Shown here: positions 54,787-62,866 of the stretch, piece by piece
How the letters are laid out: every line of letters starts with the position of its first letter
Numbering within the stretch: the stretch's first letter is position 1
Assembly (NCBI GenBank): GCA_964373715.1
Contig: CAYJVR010000003.1
Location: 47,050-111,049, forward strand
Direction: 5' to 3'
Origin: an uncultured Planctomycetia bacterium
Lineage (GTDB): Bacteria > Omnitrophota > Gorgyraeia > 1-14-0-20-64-10
DNA: 64,000 nucleotides
Program-made: the position numbers and the translations under genes
The notes under the pieces: generated by a model
Databases searched by the model: none
What the model saw: only the letters and a program-made list of their open reading frames with translations
What the model was told of the DNA's origin: nothing

Positions 54787-55974
54787 ATGAAGAATTCTGG
54801 AAGCAATAACCCGAAGGAAACCGAAACACCCGTCACTCTGAGCCACGACGAGGTGAAGCGCTACAGCAGGCACTTGATCATGCCCGAAGTGGGCGTCGAG
54901 GGGCAAAAAAAGCTGAAGGCCGCCTCCGTGCTCCTGATCGGGACCGGGGGCTTGGGCTCCCCTCTCGGGCTTTACCTGGCCTCGGCCGGGATAGGCCGGA
55001 TCGGCATCGTGGACTTTGACGTGGTGGACTTCACGAACCTCCAGCGCCAGGTGATGTACACGACCCAGGACGTGGGGAAACCGAAGGTCCAGACGGCGAA
55101 GGAACGGATGCTGGCGATCAACCCGTACATCTCGGTGGAAGCGCACGAAACCCGGCTCTCGTCCGAAAACGCTCTGGAAATCCTCAGGAATTACAACATC
55201 GTGGTGGATGGGACCGATAATTTCCCCACCCGGTACCTGGTCAACGACGCCTGCGTGCTGCTTGGAAAACCGAACGTGTACGGCTCTATCTTCCGGTTCG
55301 AGGGGCAAGCCTCCGTCTTCGACTCCTCGCAAGGGCCCTGCTACCGGTGCCTTTATCCGGAGCCCCCTCCCCCCGGCCTCGTCCCCTCATGCGCCGAAGG
55401 AGGCGTGTTGGGAATACTGCCCGGGATCGTGGGAACCATCCAGGCCACCGAAACAATCAAACTGATCCTCGGCAACGGCGAGCCTCTTATAGGCCGGCTG
55501 TTGCTTTTCAACGCCTTGAAAATGAAGTTCCGGGAGCTGAAGCTGCGCAAGAGCCCGACCTGCCCCCTGTGCGGCCCCAACAAGACAATCACAAAACTGA
55601 TCGACTACGATGAGTTCTGCGGCATAGGCCGAGGGCAGGAGGATGGGGGAGCCGGCGTCCAGGAGATCGAGCCGGAAGAACTGCAGGCGTTGCTGGAGAA
55701 AAACCCCGGCCTGAAGCTGGTTGACGTCCGGGAACAGCATGAATACGATATCTGCCACATCGACGGAGCGCGGCTGATCCCAACTTCTGAATTCGCCCAC
55801 AGGATGGGGGAATTGGATTCCGCGGATGAGCTGGTGCTCTACTGCCACAAGGGAGTCCGCAGCCGGAAGGCGGCTGAACTGCTGAAGACAGCCGGGTTCA
55901 AGAAGATCAAGTCCCTCACTGGCGGCGTGGACGCCTGGGCCGAGAGAGTTGATCCGGAAATGCCGAGGTATTAA
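54787..55974 (+). CDS. moeZ: Adenylyltransferase/sulfurtransferase, MoeB/ThiF E1-like with a C-terminal rhodanese domain
   Basis: GxGxxG (LIGTGGLGS), CxxC pairs, and a C-terminal rhodanese with CHKGVRS. Confidence 0.8.
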   Translation: MKNSGSNNPKETETPVTLSHDEVKRYSRHLIMPEVGVEGQKKLKAASVLLIGTGGLGSPLGLYLASAGIGRIGIVDFDVVDFTNLQRQVMYTTQDVGKPKVQTAKERMLAINPYISVEAHETRLSSENALEILRNYNIVVDGTDNFPTRYLVNDACVLLGKPNVYGSIFRFEGQASVFDSSQGPCYRCLYPEPPPPGLVPSCAEGGVLGILPGIVGTIQATETIKLILGNGEPLIGRLLLFNALKMKFRELKLRKSPTCPLCGPNKTITKLIDYDEFCGIGRGQEDGGAGVQEIEPEELQALLEKNPGLKLVDVREQHEYDICHIDGARLIPTSEFAHRMGELDSADELVLYCHKGVRSRKAAELLKTAGFKKIKSLTGGVDAWAERVDPEMPRY

Positions 55975-56273
55975 TGTTGTTGACCGGCAAGAGGCTTTCC
56001 GACGCTGAGGTTTCCTCTTCGCTAAAGGAGCTGCCGGGCTGGGAGCTGAAGGACGGGACGATCTGCAAGCTCTTCACATTCGAGAACTTCGGGGATGCGG
56101 TCTCTTTCGTGAACGAAGTGGCCGACCTGGCCGAGGAACTCGACCACCACCCGGACATCCTGATCCAGTACAACAAGGTAACCCTAACTCTTTCCACTCA
56201 CTCCGCCGGCGGCCTGACGGACAAGGATTTCTTCCTCGCAAAAGAGATAAACACCCCCGAAAACCCGACCTGA
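55974..56273 (+). CDS. phhB: Pterin-4-alpha-carbinolamine dehydratase
   Basis: EE..HHPD motif (AEELDHHPDI). 99 aa. Confidence 0.8.
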   Translation: MLLTGKRLSDAEVSSSLKELPGWELKDGTICKLFTFENFGDAVSFVNEVADLAEELDHHPDILIQYNKVTLTLSTHSAGGLTDKDFFLAKEINTPENPT

Positions 56274-56554
56274 TGGAAGTCCTTCACGACGAGGAGGCTC
56301 ATCGCTTCACCATCGCTCTAGAAAACAACCTTCAGGCATTCGTCGAATACAGGCGGATGGACGGAGCGATTGATCTATGCCACACCTATGTGTCTCCTGA
56401 AACGAGAGAGCGAGGGCTTGCCGAAAAGGTGGTCGAGGCGGCATTCCGGTACGCGCAGAAAAACAACCTGCAGGTCATCCCCTCTTGCAGCTATGTTTCG
56501 GGGCGGTTCCTCCAGAAGAGGACGGAATTCCTTTCGCTCGTCAGGAACCCCTAA
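56273..56554 (+). CDS. Small GNAT-fold N-acetyltransferase (Acetyltransf_CG-like)
   Basis: 93 aa of GNAT-core size, translationally coupled (ATGA) to the preceding gene. Confidence 0.5.
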   Translation: MEVLHDEEAHRFTIALENNLQAFVEYRRMDGAIDLCHTYVSPETRERGLAEKVVEAAFRYAQKNNLQVIPSCSYVSGRFLQKRTEFLSLVRNP

Positions 56555-56566
56555 GAAACCCTCCGC

Positions 56567-57766
56567 CTAGCAGTGGGACCGGAAAACCTTGCCGAAGAGC
56601 CCCCACACCGATTCACGCCGGCCCGGGACGCTGAAAAGCATGATCAGCGTCAAAACAACGTACAGACCGCCGAAGGCATACCTGACCTCGGGAGACGGGA
56701 ACATCAGCTGCGCGCCGAAAAGACTCAGTAAAACCAGCGCCTCGCGTATGGAAAATTTGAAGTTGGCGATAACAGCAACCGCAAAGAGGGACTGAGCCGA
56801 GGTCAAGAAAATCTCTTCCACCTGCCTGGCATCCAGATGCATCGGAGCTATTCTCCCCGAAGAAAGAATGTAAACCAGCGGCAGCATTCCGACCAAAAGG
56901 GTCCACTGGTTGACCTTCGAAGAAACCAGCGTTCCCAAAGAAGCGCCGGCAAGTCCCCTGAGTGCGAACAAAATCGCCACGATGAATTCCGGGGACTCCG
57001 ATGCCAAAGGGGCCAGCCACTGCACCAGGATAAACTCCTCAACACCGAAAGAACGCCCGGCGGAGAGCAAACCCTCCGCGAACGGTTCGGCCGCCTGAAA
57101 AATTGCGACCCCGGCCAGAGCGAAAAGCCCCAGCATCGCCATACGGCGGGCAGACCTCTTCCACTGAGCGATCCATTCCGCCGGCCCGCCCAACTCCGGC
57201 TCAACATGTTCCGACCGGCTCGCGAAAACCATGTAGACCGCAAAGAGAGAGAGCATGAAGACGGTGTCAATCAGAGAGAGTGTGCCTTTTAGCGGAATAA
57301 CGAAGGAGTAAAGGGTTACAACAAAGAGGATACCTATCGCGATTCCCTGAGATGTTTCCAACTCCACCACTTTCTTGCGCGTCCCAAACCAATAGGCAAA
57401 CAAGACGGTGGGCCAGCCGATGCCAATGAGGAGCCGGTTCGCACCGGTCATATTGGCGGTAACGTACTGAATATAGACAGGATCCTTGCCGGCCTTCCAG
57501 GCGAAATACATGTCCACCGCATACTCCGGCAGCACAGCGATCAGCGCGAGGAGAGCCAGCGCAAGGGCCTGGGGAATCTCCAACTGGGCCAATTCCGCCG
57601 CCCAGGAAAGAAGGAAGGCGGCGCCGAATATTCCCAACCCCGGCAAAATAGCGTTGAACGGAACAGGCAGGTGAACACCCGACAGATGGAGAAGTATCCA
57701 CTGCCCCGCCAGCATCACAGCGCCGACCAAAGCAATCTGACTCTTGAGCTTTTCTTCAGATTTCAT
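56567..57766 (-). CDS. Sodium/calcium exchanger (CaCA family) membrane protein
   Basis: Two alpha-repeat regions with Glu-containing motifs (AVLPEYAVD and LASESPEF). ~10 TM helices. Confidence 0.7.
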   Translation of the reverse strand: MKSEEKLKSQIALVGAVMLAGQWILLHLSGVHLPVPFNAILPGLGIFGAAFLLSWAAELAQLEIPQALALALLALIAVLPEYAVDMYFAWKAGKDPVYIQYVTANMTGANRLLIGIGWPTVLFAYWFGTRKKVVELETSQGIAIGILFVVTLYSFVIPLKGTLSLIDTVFMLSLFAVYMVFASRSEHVEPELGGPAEWIAQWKRSARRMAMLGLFALAGVAIFQAAEPFAEGLLSAGRSFGVEEFILVQWLAPLASESPEFIVAILFALRGLAGASLGTLVSSKVNQWTLLVGMLPLVYILSSGRIAPMHLDARQVEEIFLTSAQSLFAVAVIANFKFSIREALVLLSLFGAQLMFPSPEVRYAFGGLYVVLTLIMLFSVPGRRESVWGLFGKVFRSHC

Positions 57767-57769
57767 GCA

Positions 57770-58126
57770 TCATCCCTCATCAAGAAGACTCGGCCTGCAG
57801 GCCTCACAGCCGCAGAGAGATCTCAGGTATTCATAAGAATAAATCCCGGTCGCATGCCCATCGCTCCACCGGATGGTCAACGCGTAACGTCCGACAGGCT
57901 GGATCTCCTGCGGCCGCACATCAGCGAAAGATCGCCCCCTCACCCTGCCCTCTCCCCCTTCAGGGGGAGAGGGATCGGGTGAGGGGATCTCGCCGCAAGC
58001 GGCGCAGGGGCATGCGGCGCGCAAATAATCCCACACATAGAGACTTTCATGGCCATCCGCCCAAACGACCTTCAACGCGGTCTGCCCGACCCGCTCCACG
58101 CTCGCTGGCTCATGGCTTAAAAGCCC
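57770..58126 (-). CDS. Tandem DUF971 (gamma-butyrobetaine hydroxylase-like N-domain) protein. Start uncertain; the ORF extends to 58282.
   Basis: Two copies of the VxWxDGH...YLRxxCPCAxC module, joined by a linker that is encoded by a GC-rich palindromic repeat. Confidence 0.5.
   Translation of the reverse strand, partial: GLLSHEPASVERVGQTALKVVWADGHESLYVWDYLRAACPCAACGEIPSPDPSPPEGGEGRVRGRSFADVRPQEIQPVGRYALTIRWSDGHATGIYSYEYLRSLCGCEACRPSLLDEG
57935..57986. repeat. R2 palindromic repeat copy c (in-frame inside the tandem DUF971 gene)
   Basis: CCCTCACCCTGCCCTCTCCCCC-ttca-GGGGGAGAGGGATCGGGTGAGGG. Confidence 0.7.
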
Positions 58127-58144
58127 CATGCTACAATAACCCTC

Positions 58145-59134
58145 ATGGAAAAATCCGACATTCATTCCGGACGGATACAGGCCGTCCGCGCTAGCGCAGG
58201 CCTCTTGACCGAATTCCCTCGCCGATTTATCGCGGCGCGGGGACCCGACCGGGTCCAGTTCCTTCACAACATGGTGTCCCATGATATCAAAGGCCTATCA
58301 CCCGGACAAGGCAAACCGGCCTGCCTGCTCGATAGGCAGGGAAAGATACAGGCCTCCTTCCTCATCCATGCCCGGCCCGAAGAGCTGGTCCTGGAGATGG
58401 AGGAGCGGGACCTTTCCCCCGCATTGGCCCTGCTTGGAAAATACCGGATCTCCGAGGCGGTGGAATTCACAGAGATCACGGATTCGTTCAGTACCACCGC
58501 TCTGCATGGGCCTAAATCCGGGGAGATGCTCCGCGCCCTCTTGCCGGGGATCAGCCTGCCCGGAAACAACCTTTCTGCCGAGGAAACCCCCGCAGGATTC
58601 CCGGAAATCCTCCGAATCACCCGCTGGGATCTCTTCCGGATCCCCGGCTACCATGTATGGCTAAAAAAGGATGCGAAAACTGGCGCGGAACGCCTGCTTC
58701 TGGAAAAAGGGGCTGAACCCGTAGACCGGAAGATGTTCGACATCCTCAGGATTGAGGCTGGCGTCCCCTGGCCCGGTTCGGAAATCACCCCATCCGTCAT
58801 CCTCAACGAGTTGGGAAGCGACGAGATGGTGAGCTTCACGAAGGGCTGCTATGTCGGGCAGGAGACCGTCGCGAGAATCAAGTACCGGGCGCACCCTCCC
58901 CGGCTTCTGAGAAATTTTCGGAGTGAAGGGCCCGAGCCGCCTGCCGTCCCGGCGCCGATTTTCGCCGGAGAGAAAGAGGCCGGGACCCTCACCTCCTCCT
59001 GCTGGTCCCCGACGCTCAAGTCAGTCATAGGGCTGGGATTTTTAGCTTTCGGAACAGAAGAGAACGGCCTCACCATAGAAGACCGGGGAACACGGAAAGC
59101 TGCTTCCCCTTACACGCCCCCTATCGAGACCTGA
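58145..59134 (+). CDS. ygfZ: YgfZ/CAF17 family folate-binding Fe-S cluster repair protein
   Basis: GcvT-like fold with the KGCYVGQE signature motif. Confidence 0.8.
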   Translation: MEKSDIHSGRIQAVRASAGLLTEFPRRFIAARGPDRVQFLHNMVSHDIKGLSPGQGKPACLLDRQGKIQASFLIHARPEELVLEMEERDLSPALALLGKYRISEAVEFTEITDSFSTTALHGPKSGEMLRALLPGISLPGNNLSAEETPAGFPEILRITRWDLFRIPGYHVWLKKDAKTGAERLLLEKGAEPVDRKMFDILRIEAGVPWPGSEITPSVILNELGSDEMVSFTKGCYVGQETVARIKYRAHPPRLLRNFRSEGPEPPAVPAPIFAGEKEAGTLTSSCWSPTLKSVIGLGFLAFGTEENGLTIEDRGTRKAASPYTPPIET

Positions 59135-59777
59135 CAACCCCGGTTTTAGCGCAATAACGCTCGACAGGGCAGCGGCTGCACCACGGGGAGGTCGGGTGGC
59201 AAATTGTCTGGCCAAAAGCAACCAGCAGATCGTTATACGGAATCCAGTATCTCTTCGGCAGCTTCCCACGAAGAACCATCTCCGTCTTCTCCGGTGTCTT
59301 TGTGGCCACGTAGCCTAACCGGTTGGAAATCCGGTGGACGTGGGTATCCACGCAAATTCCAAGCTTCCCGAAACCGACCGTCAGCACCAGGTTGGCCGTT
59401 TTCCGGCCGACACCCGGCAGAGTGAGCAGCTGATCCAAATCATCCGGTACCCTGCCGCGAAACCGCCCGATCAGATGCTGGCAAATTTGATGGATACGCT
59501 TTGCTTTCGTCTTGTAGAAGCCAACCGGATAGATGATCTTCCGAATAGTCACCAACGGAAGGCTTAACATCTGCTGCGGGGTCCGGGCCCTGTCGAATAA
59601 ACGGGCCGACGCCTGCATTGTCACTTGGTCTTTCGTTCTTAAAGAGAGAAGGCAGGAGATCAAAACGAGGAACGGATCGCGGGTGCGCAGACCTACCTGG
59701 CTCACGGACGGCAGAACCCAGCCGCGGGAGGCCCCCTTCAACACCCTTAAGACACCGGAAATATCGGAATCCTTCAT
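59121..59777 (-). CDS. nth: Endonuclease III
   Basis: HhH-GPD motif (LPGVGRKTANLV) and a C-terminal 4Fe-4S motif (CxxxxxxCxxCxxxxxC). Confidence 0.9.
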   Translation of the reverse strand: MKDSDISGVLRVLKGASRGWVLPSVSQVGLRTRDPFLVLISCLLSLRTKDQVTMQASARLFDRARTPQQMLSLPLVTIRKIIYPVGFYKTKAKRIHQICQHLIGRFRGRVPDDLDQLLTLPGVGRKTANLVLTVGFGKLGICVDTHVHRISNRLGYVATKTPEKTEMVLRGKLPKRYWIPYNDLLVAFGQTICHPTSPWCSRCPVERYCAKTGVVRSR

Positions 59778-59796
59778 GGCCGGCCGCTGGCGGCGG

Positions 59797-60024
59797 TCAC
59801 CTTAAAACAAGTTCAGTATCTGTCGCCCGGATGCCATCCAATTTCCGCATTTGGGACACAACCTTCGCCAACTCATCGTAGGGATTGGTGTCAACGAAAG
59901 CGATCATGTCATGGGCGCCTGTCACCTGATAAACAAACTTAACCCCTTTCATCTTGCCGATCGCCCGCTGTGTTTCAGCTTCACGGCCCGGAAGGACATC
60001 AATCATCACAAATGCCTTTGGCAT
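59797..60024 (-). CDS. Lrp/AsnC ligand-binding (RAM) domain stand-alone protein
   Basis: Start at ATG 60024 with a strong AGGAGG SD. A 75-aa RAM fold. Confidence 0.6.
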   Translation of the reverse strand: MPKAFVMIDVLPGREAETQRAIGKMKGVKFVYQVTGAHDMIAFVDTNPYDELAKVVSQMRKLDGIRATDTELVLR

Positions 60025-60105
60025 AAATCCTCCTGTGGTGGGTGAAACAACGCCCAGTCTACCTGCCGGTAAACTGGGCGTCAAGAGAAGCCTACCCGCG
60101 GGACA

Positions 60106-60753
60106 TCAAATTTGGCGGAAAAGGCCTACCACCTTCCCTAATATCTGGATCGTCTTATCCCGGGGATGGACGAAGATCGGCTCCATCGCCGGGTTCTCCG
60201 GCTGGAGACGGACCTTGCCGCCCCTCTCCTGGTAAAATTTCTTCACGGTCGCCTCGTTATCCACAAGGACCGCTACGATCTCCCCGTTCTGAGCGGTCGG
60301 CTGCTGGCGAACCATCACAAAGTCCTTGTCCATAATCCCAGCGCCAATCATACTGCTGCCGTGAATGCGCAACGCGAAACAGCCGGGTCCGGGAACCCAT
60401 CGGGGGTCCACCGCGAGACGGCCTTCGACATGCTGCTCGGCCAAAACAGGCTCACCGGCAGCTATCCGGCCGAGAATCGGGATATAAACCGGCTCGATTT
60501 CAGCCAGCATCTCCTGGTCATCGGAACGGTCCCGGACAACGTTCGTCAATCGGATGCCGCGCGCCTGCCGACTCCGGTCAATGAATCCTTTACGAACCAA
60601 AGCATCCAGATGCACCGTAACACCACGAAGCGATTTCAACTTTAAACCCTCCCGCAGTTCGCGAATCGTGGGGGGAGCCCCTTGGCGTACCATATGGCGC
60701 CGGATCAGCTCCAGCACCTGCTTCTGCCTTTCAGTGAGAGTTTTTTCAACCAT
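60106..60753 (-). CDS. lexA: LexA repressor
   Basis: N-terminal wHTH. S24 Ser/Lys dyad (GSSM ... K) and an AAG cleavage site. Confidence 0.9.
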   Translation of the reverse strand: MVEKTLTERQKQVLELIRRHMVRQGAPPTIRELREGLKLKSLRGVTVHLDALVRKGFIDRSRQARGIRLTNVVRDRSDDQEMLAEIEPVYIPILGRIAAGEPVLAEQHVEGRLAVDPRWVPGPGCFALRIHGSSMIGAGIMDKDFVMVRQQPTAQNGEIVAVLVDNEATVKKFYQERGGKVRLQPENPAMEPIFVHPRDKTIQILGKVVGLFRQI

Positions 60754-60754
60754 G

Positions 60755-60788
60755 ACCCGACTATACTAGACAGGTGTCTACATGTCAA
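60755..60788 (-). promoter_or_regulatory. lexA promoter with an embedded palindromic operator candidate
   Basis: Minus strand: TTGACA-17 nt-TATAGT. The spacer contains the inverted repeat TAGACA-CC-TGTCTA. The -10 ends 6 nt before the ATG, which implies a leaderless or very short leader. Confidence 0.55.
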
Positions 60789-60803
60789 GGCAAAAAAAAG
60801 AGA

Positions 60804-61499
60804 TTAGAACTTGGCCCGGATGCCGGTTTCAAACTGGTCGGTATCATTCAGATGGACGAGATCCACATGGCGCCATCCTATGAACAACCCGACGGAATGC
60901 TTCTCGACCAAAGGAATCTTCACGCCGGCCGCAATCTCATTCCGGATCGTCCTTCCCTGGTTCAAGTCAACGATGTACTCATCAAGAGCGTACAGTCCCA
61001 GCGGATGGGACTTTATCGCCCAGGGGATAGGGATATCGAAGAGGAAACGGCTCTCCCATTCGGTATGCGTGGCCCCCGGAAAGATGTGCTCGAGAGTTTC
61101 CGCCGACTTTGCCGGGGTTTGCGAAATCTCCGGCTTAAGCCAGCGCTGGTAAACGGCTTGGCCGAAATAGAACCAGGTCAGGGGCTTCGTGTACCAATTG
61201 GCCTCGAGCTCTTCCTGCCACCAAGAGAAAGGCTTTACCCCTGCTTCGGCGCCAAGCTCAACGCGCGAGAAATCGGAATCATCAAAGCTGTACCGCGTTT
61301 CGACGAACGGCGTAAACATCCAATGGGGATGGTTCGGCAACAACAGCACGTCAATCCGGCTCAACAGCTCGCTGGGGACGCCGTCCTTCGAACGAAGCGA
61401 AACCCTGCCGGCCGCGGTCAACTCGATCTCGGGCCGCTCGGCCCATGCCCACCCGGCCAACGTAAGCAGCATCAATGCAGCAGCGAGTATCTTCTTCAT
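60804..61499 (-). CDS. Exported hypothetical protein, putative outer-membrane beta-barrel (DUF2490-like)
   Basis: Signal peptide MKKILAAALMLLTLAGWAWA. Alternating amphipathic strands and a C-terminal Phe. Start overlaps the ispH stop. Confidence 0.4.
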   Translation of the reverse strand: MKKILAAALMLLTLAGWAWAERPEIELTAAGRVSLRSKDGVPSELLSRIDVLLLPNHPHWMFTPFVETRYSFDDSDFSRVELGAEAGVKPFSWWQEELEANWYTKPLTWFYFGQAVYQRWLKPEISQTPAKSAETLEHIFPGATHTEWESRFLFDIPIPWAIKSHPLGLYALDEYIVDLNQGRTIRNEIAAGVKIPLVEKHSVGLFIGWRHVDLVHLNDTDQFETGIRAKF

Positions 61500-62716
61500 T
61501 CGGCAACTCCAACGGTCTCCAGGGAATAGCCTCTGGCCCGAAGGATCCTCTCGATCGCGTCACCGATCACCCGGTTCGGGGTTGAAGCCCCAGCCGTAAC
61601 ACCAATAGTCACGTTTCCTTTCGGGAGCCAGTCCTCCGTCACAACCGGCTCATGCTTGCCCGCCGGTTTATGCCGGATGCTCGAGGCTGACAAGATGCAG
61701 TCGGCCTCATCGATATGGTACGCGGGGCAGTACTGAGAAGCTATTTCGCACAGATGGTTCGTGTTGCTCGAATTGAAACCTCCGATCACAACGACGAGGC
61801 TAACATCCTGCCGGACAAGGGACATGATGGCATCCTGACGGTCCTGCGTCGCACTGCAGATCGTATCAAAATTTCTGAAATGCTCCTGGAGATTCCCCGC
61901 CCCGTACCGGTCGGTCATCGCCTCTTTCAACATCTCCCCAATCTCCAGGGATTCGCTGGAAAGCATCGTCGTCTGGTTGGCGACCCCGACCCTCAGCAGA
62001 TCCTTCTCCGGATCAAAACCGGGGGAGGATTTCGCGGAAAAGTGCTTCAAGAACGCGGCCGGATCGCCGCCGCTGCGAATATAATCGCAGACCAATTTGG
62101 CTTCAGGCTTGTCCCAAACAACGAGATACCTGCCCTTCGGAAACTGGGTGGCGCGGGAACTGGTCGCACGGGTCTCTTCATGCTTGTAGTTGCCGTGGAT
62201 GATCGCGGTGAACCCATCCCGGCCATACTGCTCAACCCTCTTCCACACCTGGATCACCGAACCACAAGTGGCGTCCACCAGGACACATCCCTTGGATTTC
62301 AGAACCTCCATCTCCTCCACGCGGGTGCCGAAAGCGGCAATGATCACAACATCGTTCGAGGTCAGGGCTTCAATAGGCTTATCAATCTGACCCGGGCCGT
62401 TGAGAAAGCCTATCCCCATCTCCCGAAGGCAGTTGTTGACGCGGGGGTTATGGATAAGCTCGGTCGTAAGATAGATCGGCCTGTCGGGGAACTGTTTGCG
62501 GGTTTCGTACGCATAATCCACCGCCCGCTCGACCCCGTAGCAAAAACCGAACTCCTTGGCCAAACGGAGGGTCAAGTCGCCCACTACGAAAACGTTGTCA
62601 TGGGCCCGGATCTCCTCGACAAGAAGGGAGCGGTAATCCTGGTCCAACTCTCCCGCTACCTGCTCTTTGAGCCCAAAACCTCTGCGGAATATCTGGATCT
62701 CTTTTATCTCGCTCAT
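61496..62716 (-). CDS. ispH: 4-hydroxy-3-methylbut-2-enyl diphosphate reductase (long form)
   Basis: FGFCYGVERA, ICSATQDRQ and NSSNTNHL motifs with the three Cys ligands. Confidence 0.85.
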   Translation of the reverse strand: MSEIKEIQIFRRGFGLKEQVAGELDQDYRSLLVEEIRAHDNVFVVGDLTLRLAKEFGFCYGVERAVDYAYETRKQFPDRPIYLTTELIHNPRVNNCLREMGIGFLNGPGQIDKPIEALTSNDVVIIAAFGTRVEEMEVLKSKGCVLVDATCGSVIQVWKRVEQYGRDGFTAIIHGNYKHEETRATSSRATQFPKGRYLVVWDKPEAKLVCDYIRSGGDPAAFLKHFSAKSSPGFDPEKDLLRVGVANQTTMLSSESLEIGEMLKEAMTDRYGAGNLQEHFRNFDTICSATQDRQDAIMSLVRQDVSLVVVIGGFNSSNTNHLCEIASQYCPAYHIDEADCILSASSIRHKPAGKHEPVVTEDWLPKGNVTIGVTAGASTPNRVIGDAIERILRARGYSLETVGVAE

Positions 62717-62866
62717 TTCTGTTGATTATAAGGGCTTGGAGCGAAAGAATCAATGCGGTATAATGCTCATCTAGCAATAGCAATTCGCTCGTTTTCTCCA
62801 GATATTTTCCAACCGTTTCTTTTTGAAAACTGCATGAAGCGCAACTCATTTGGGGGATCATAAGAA

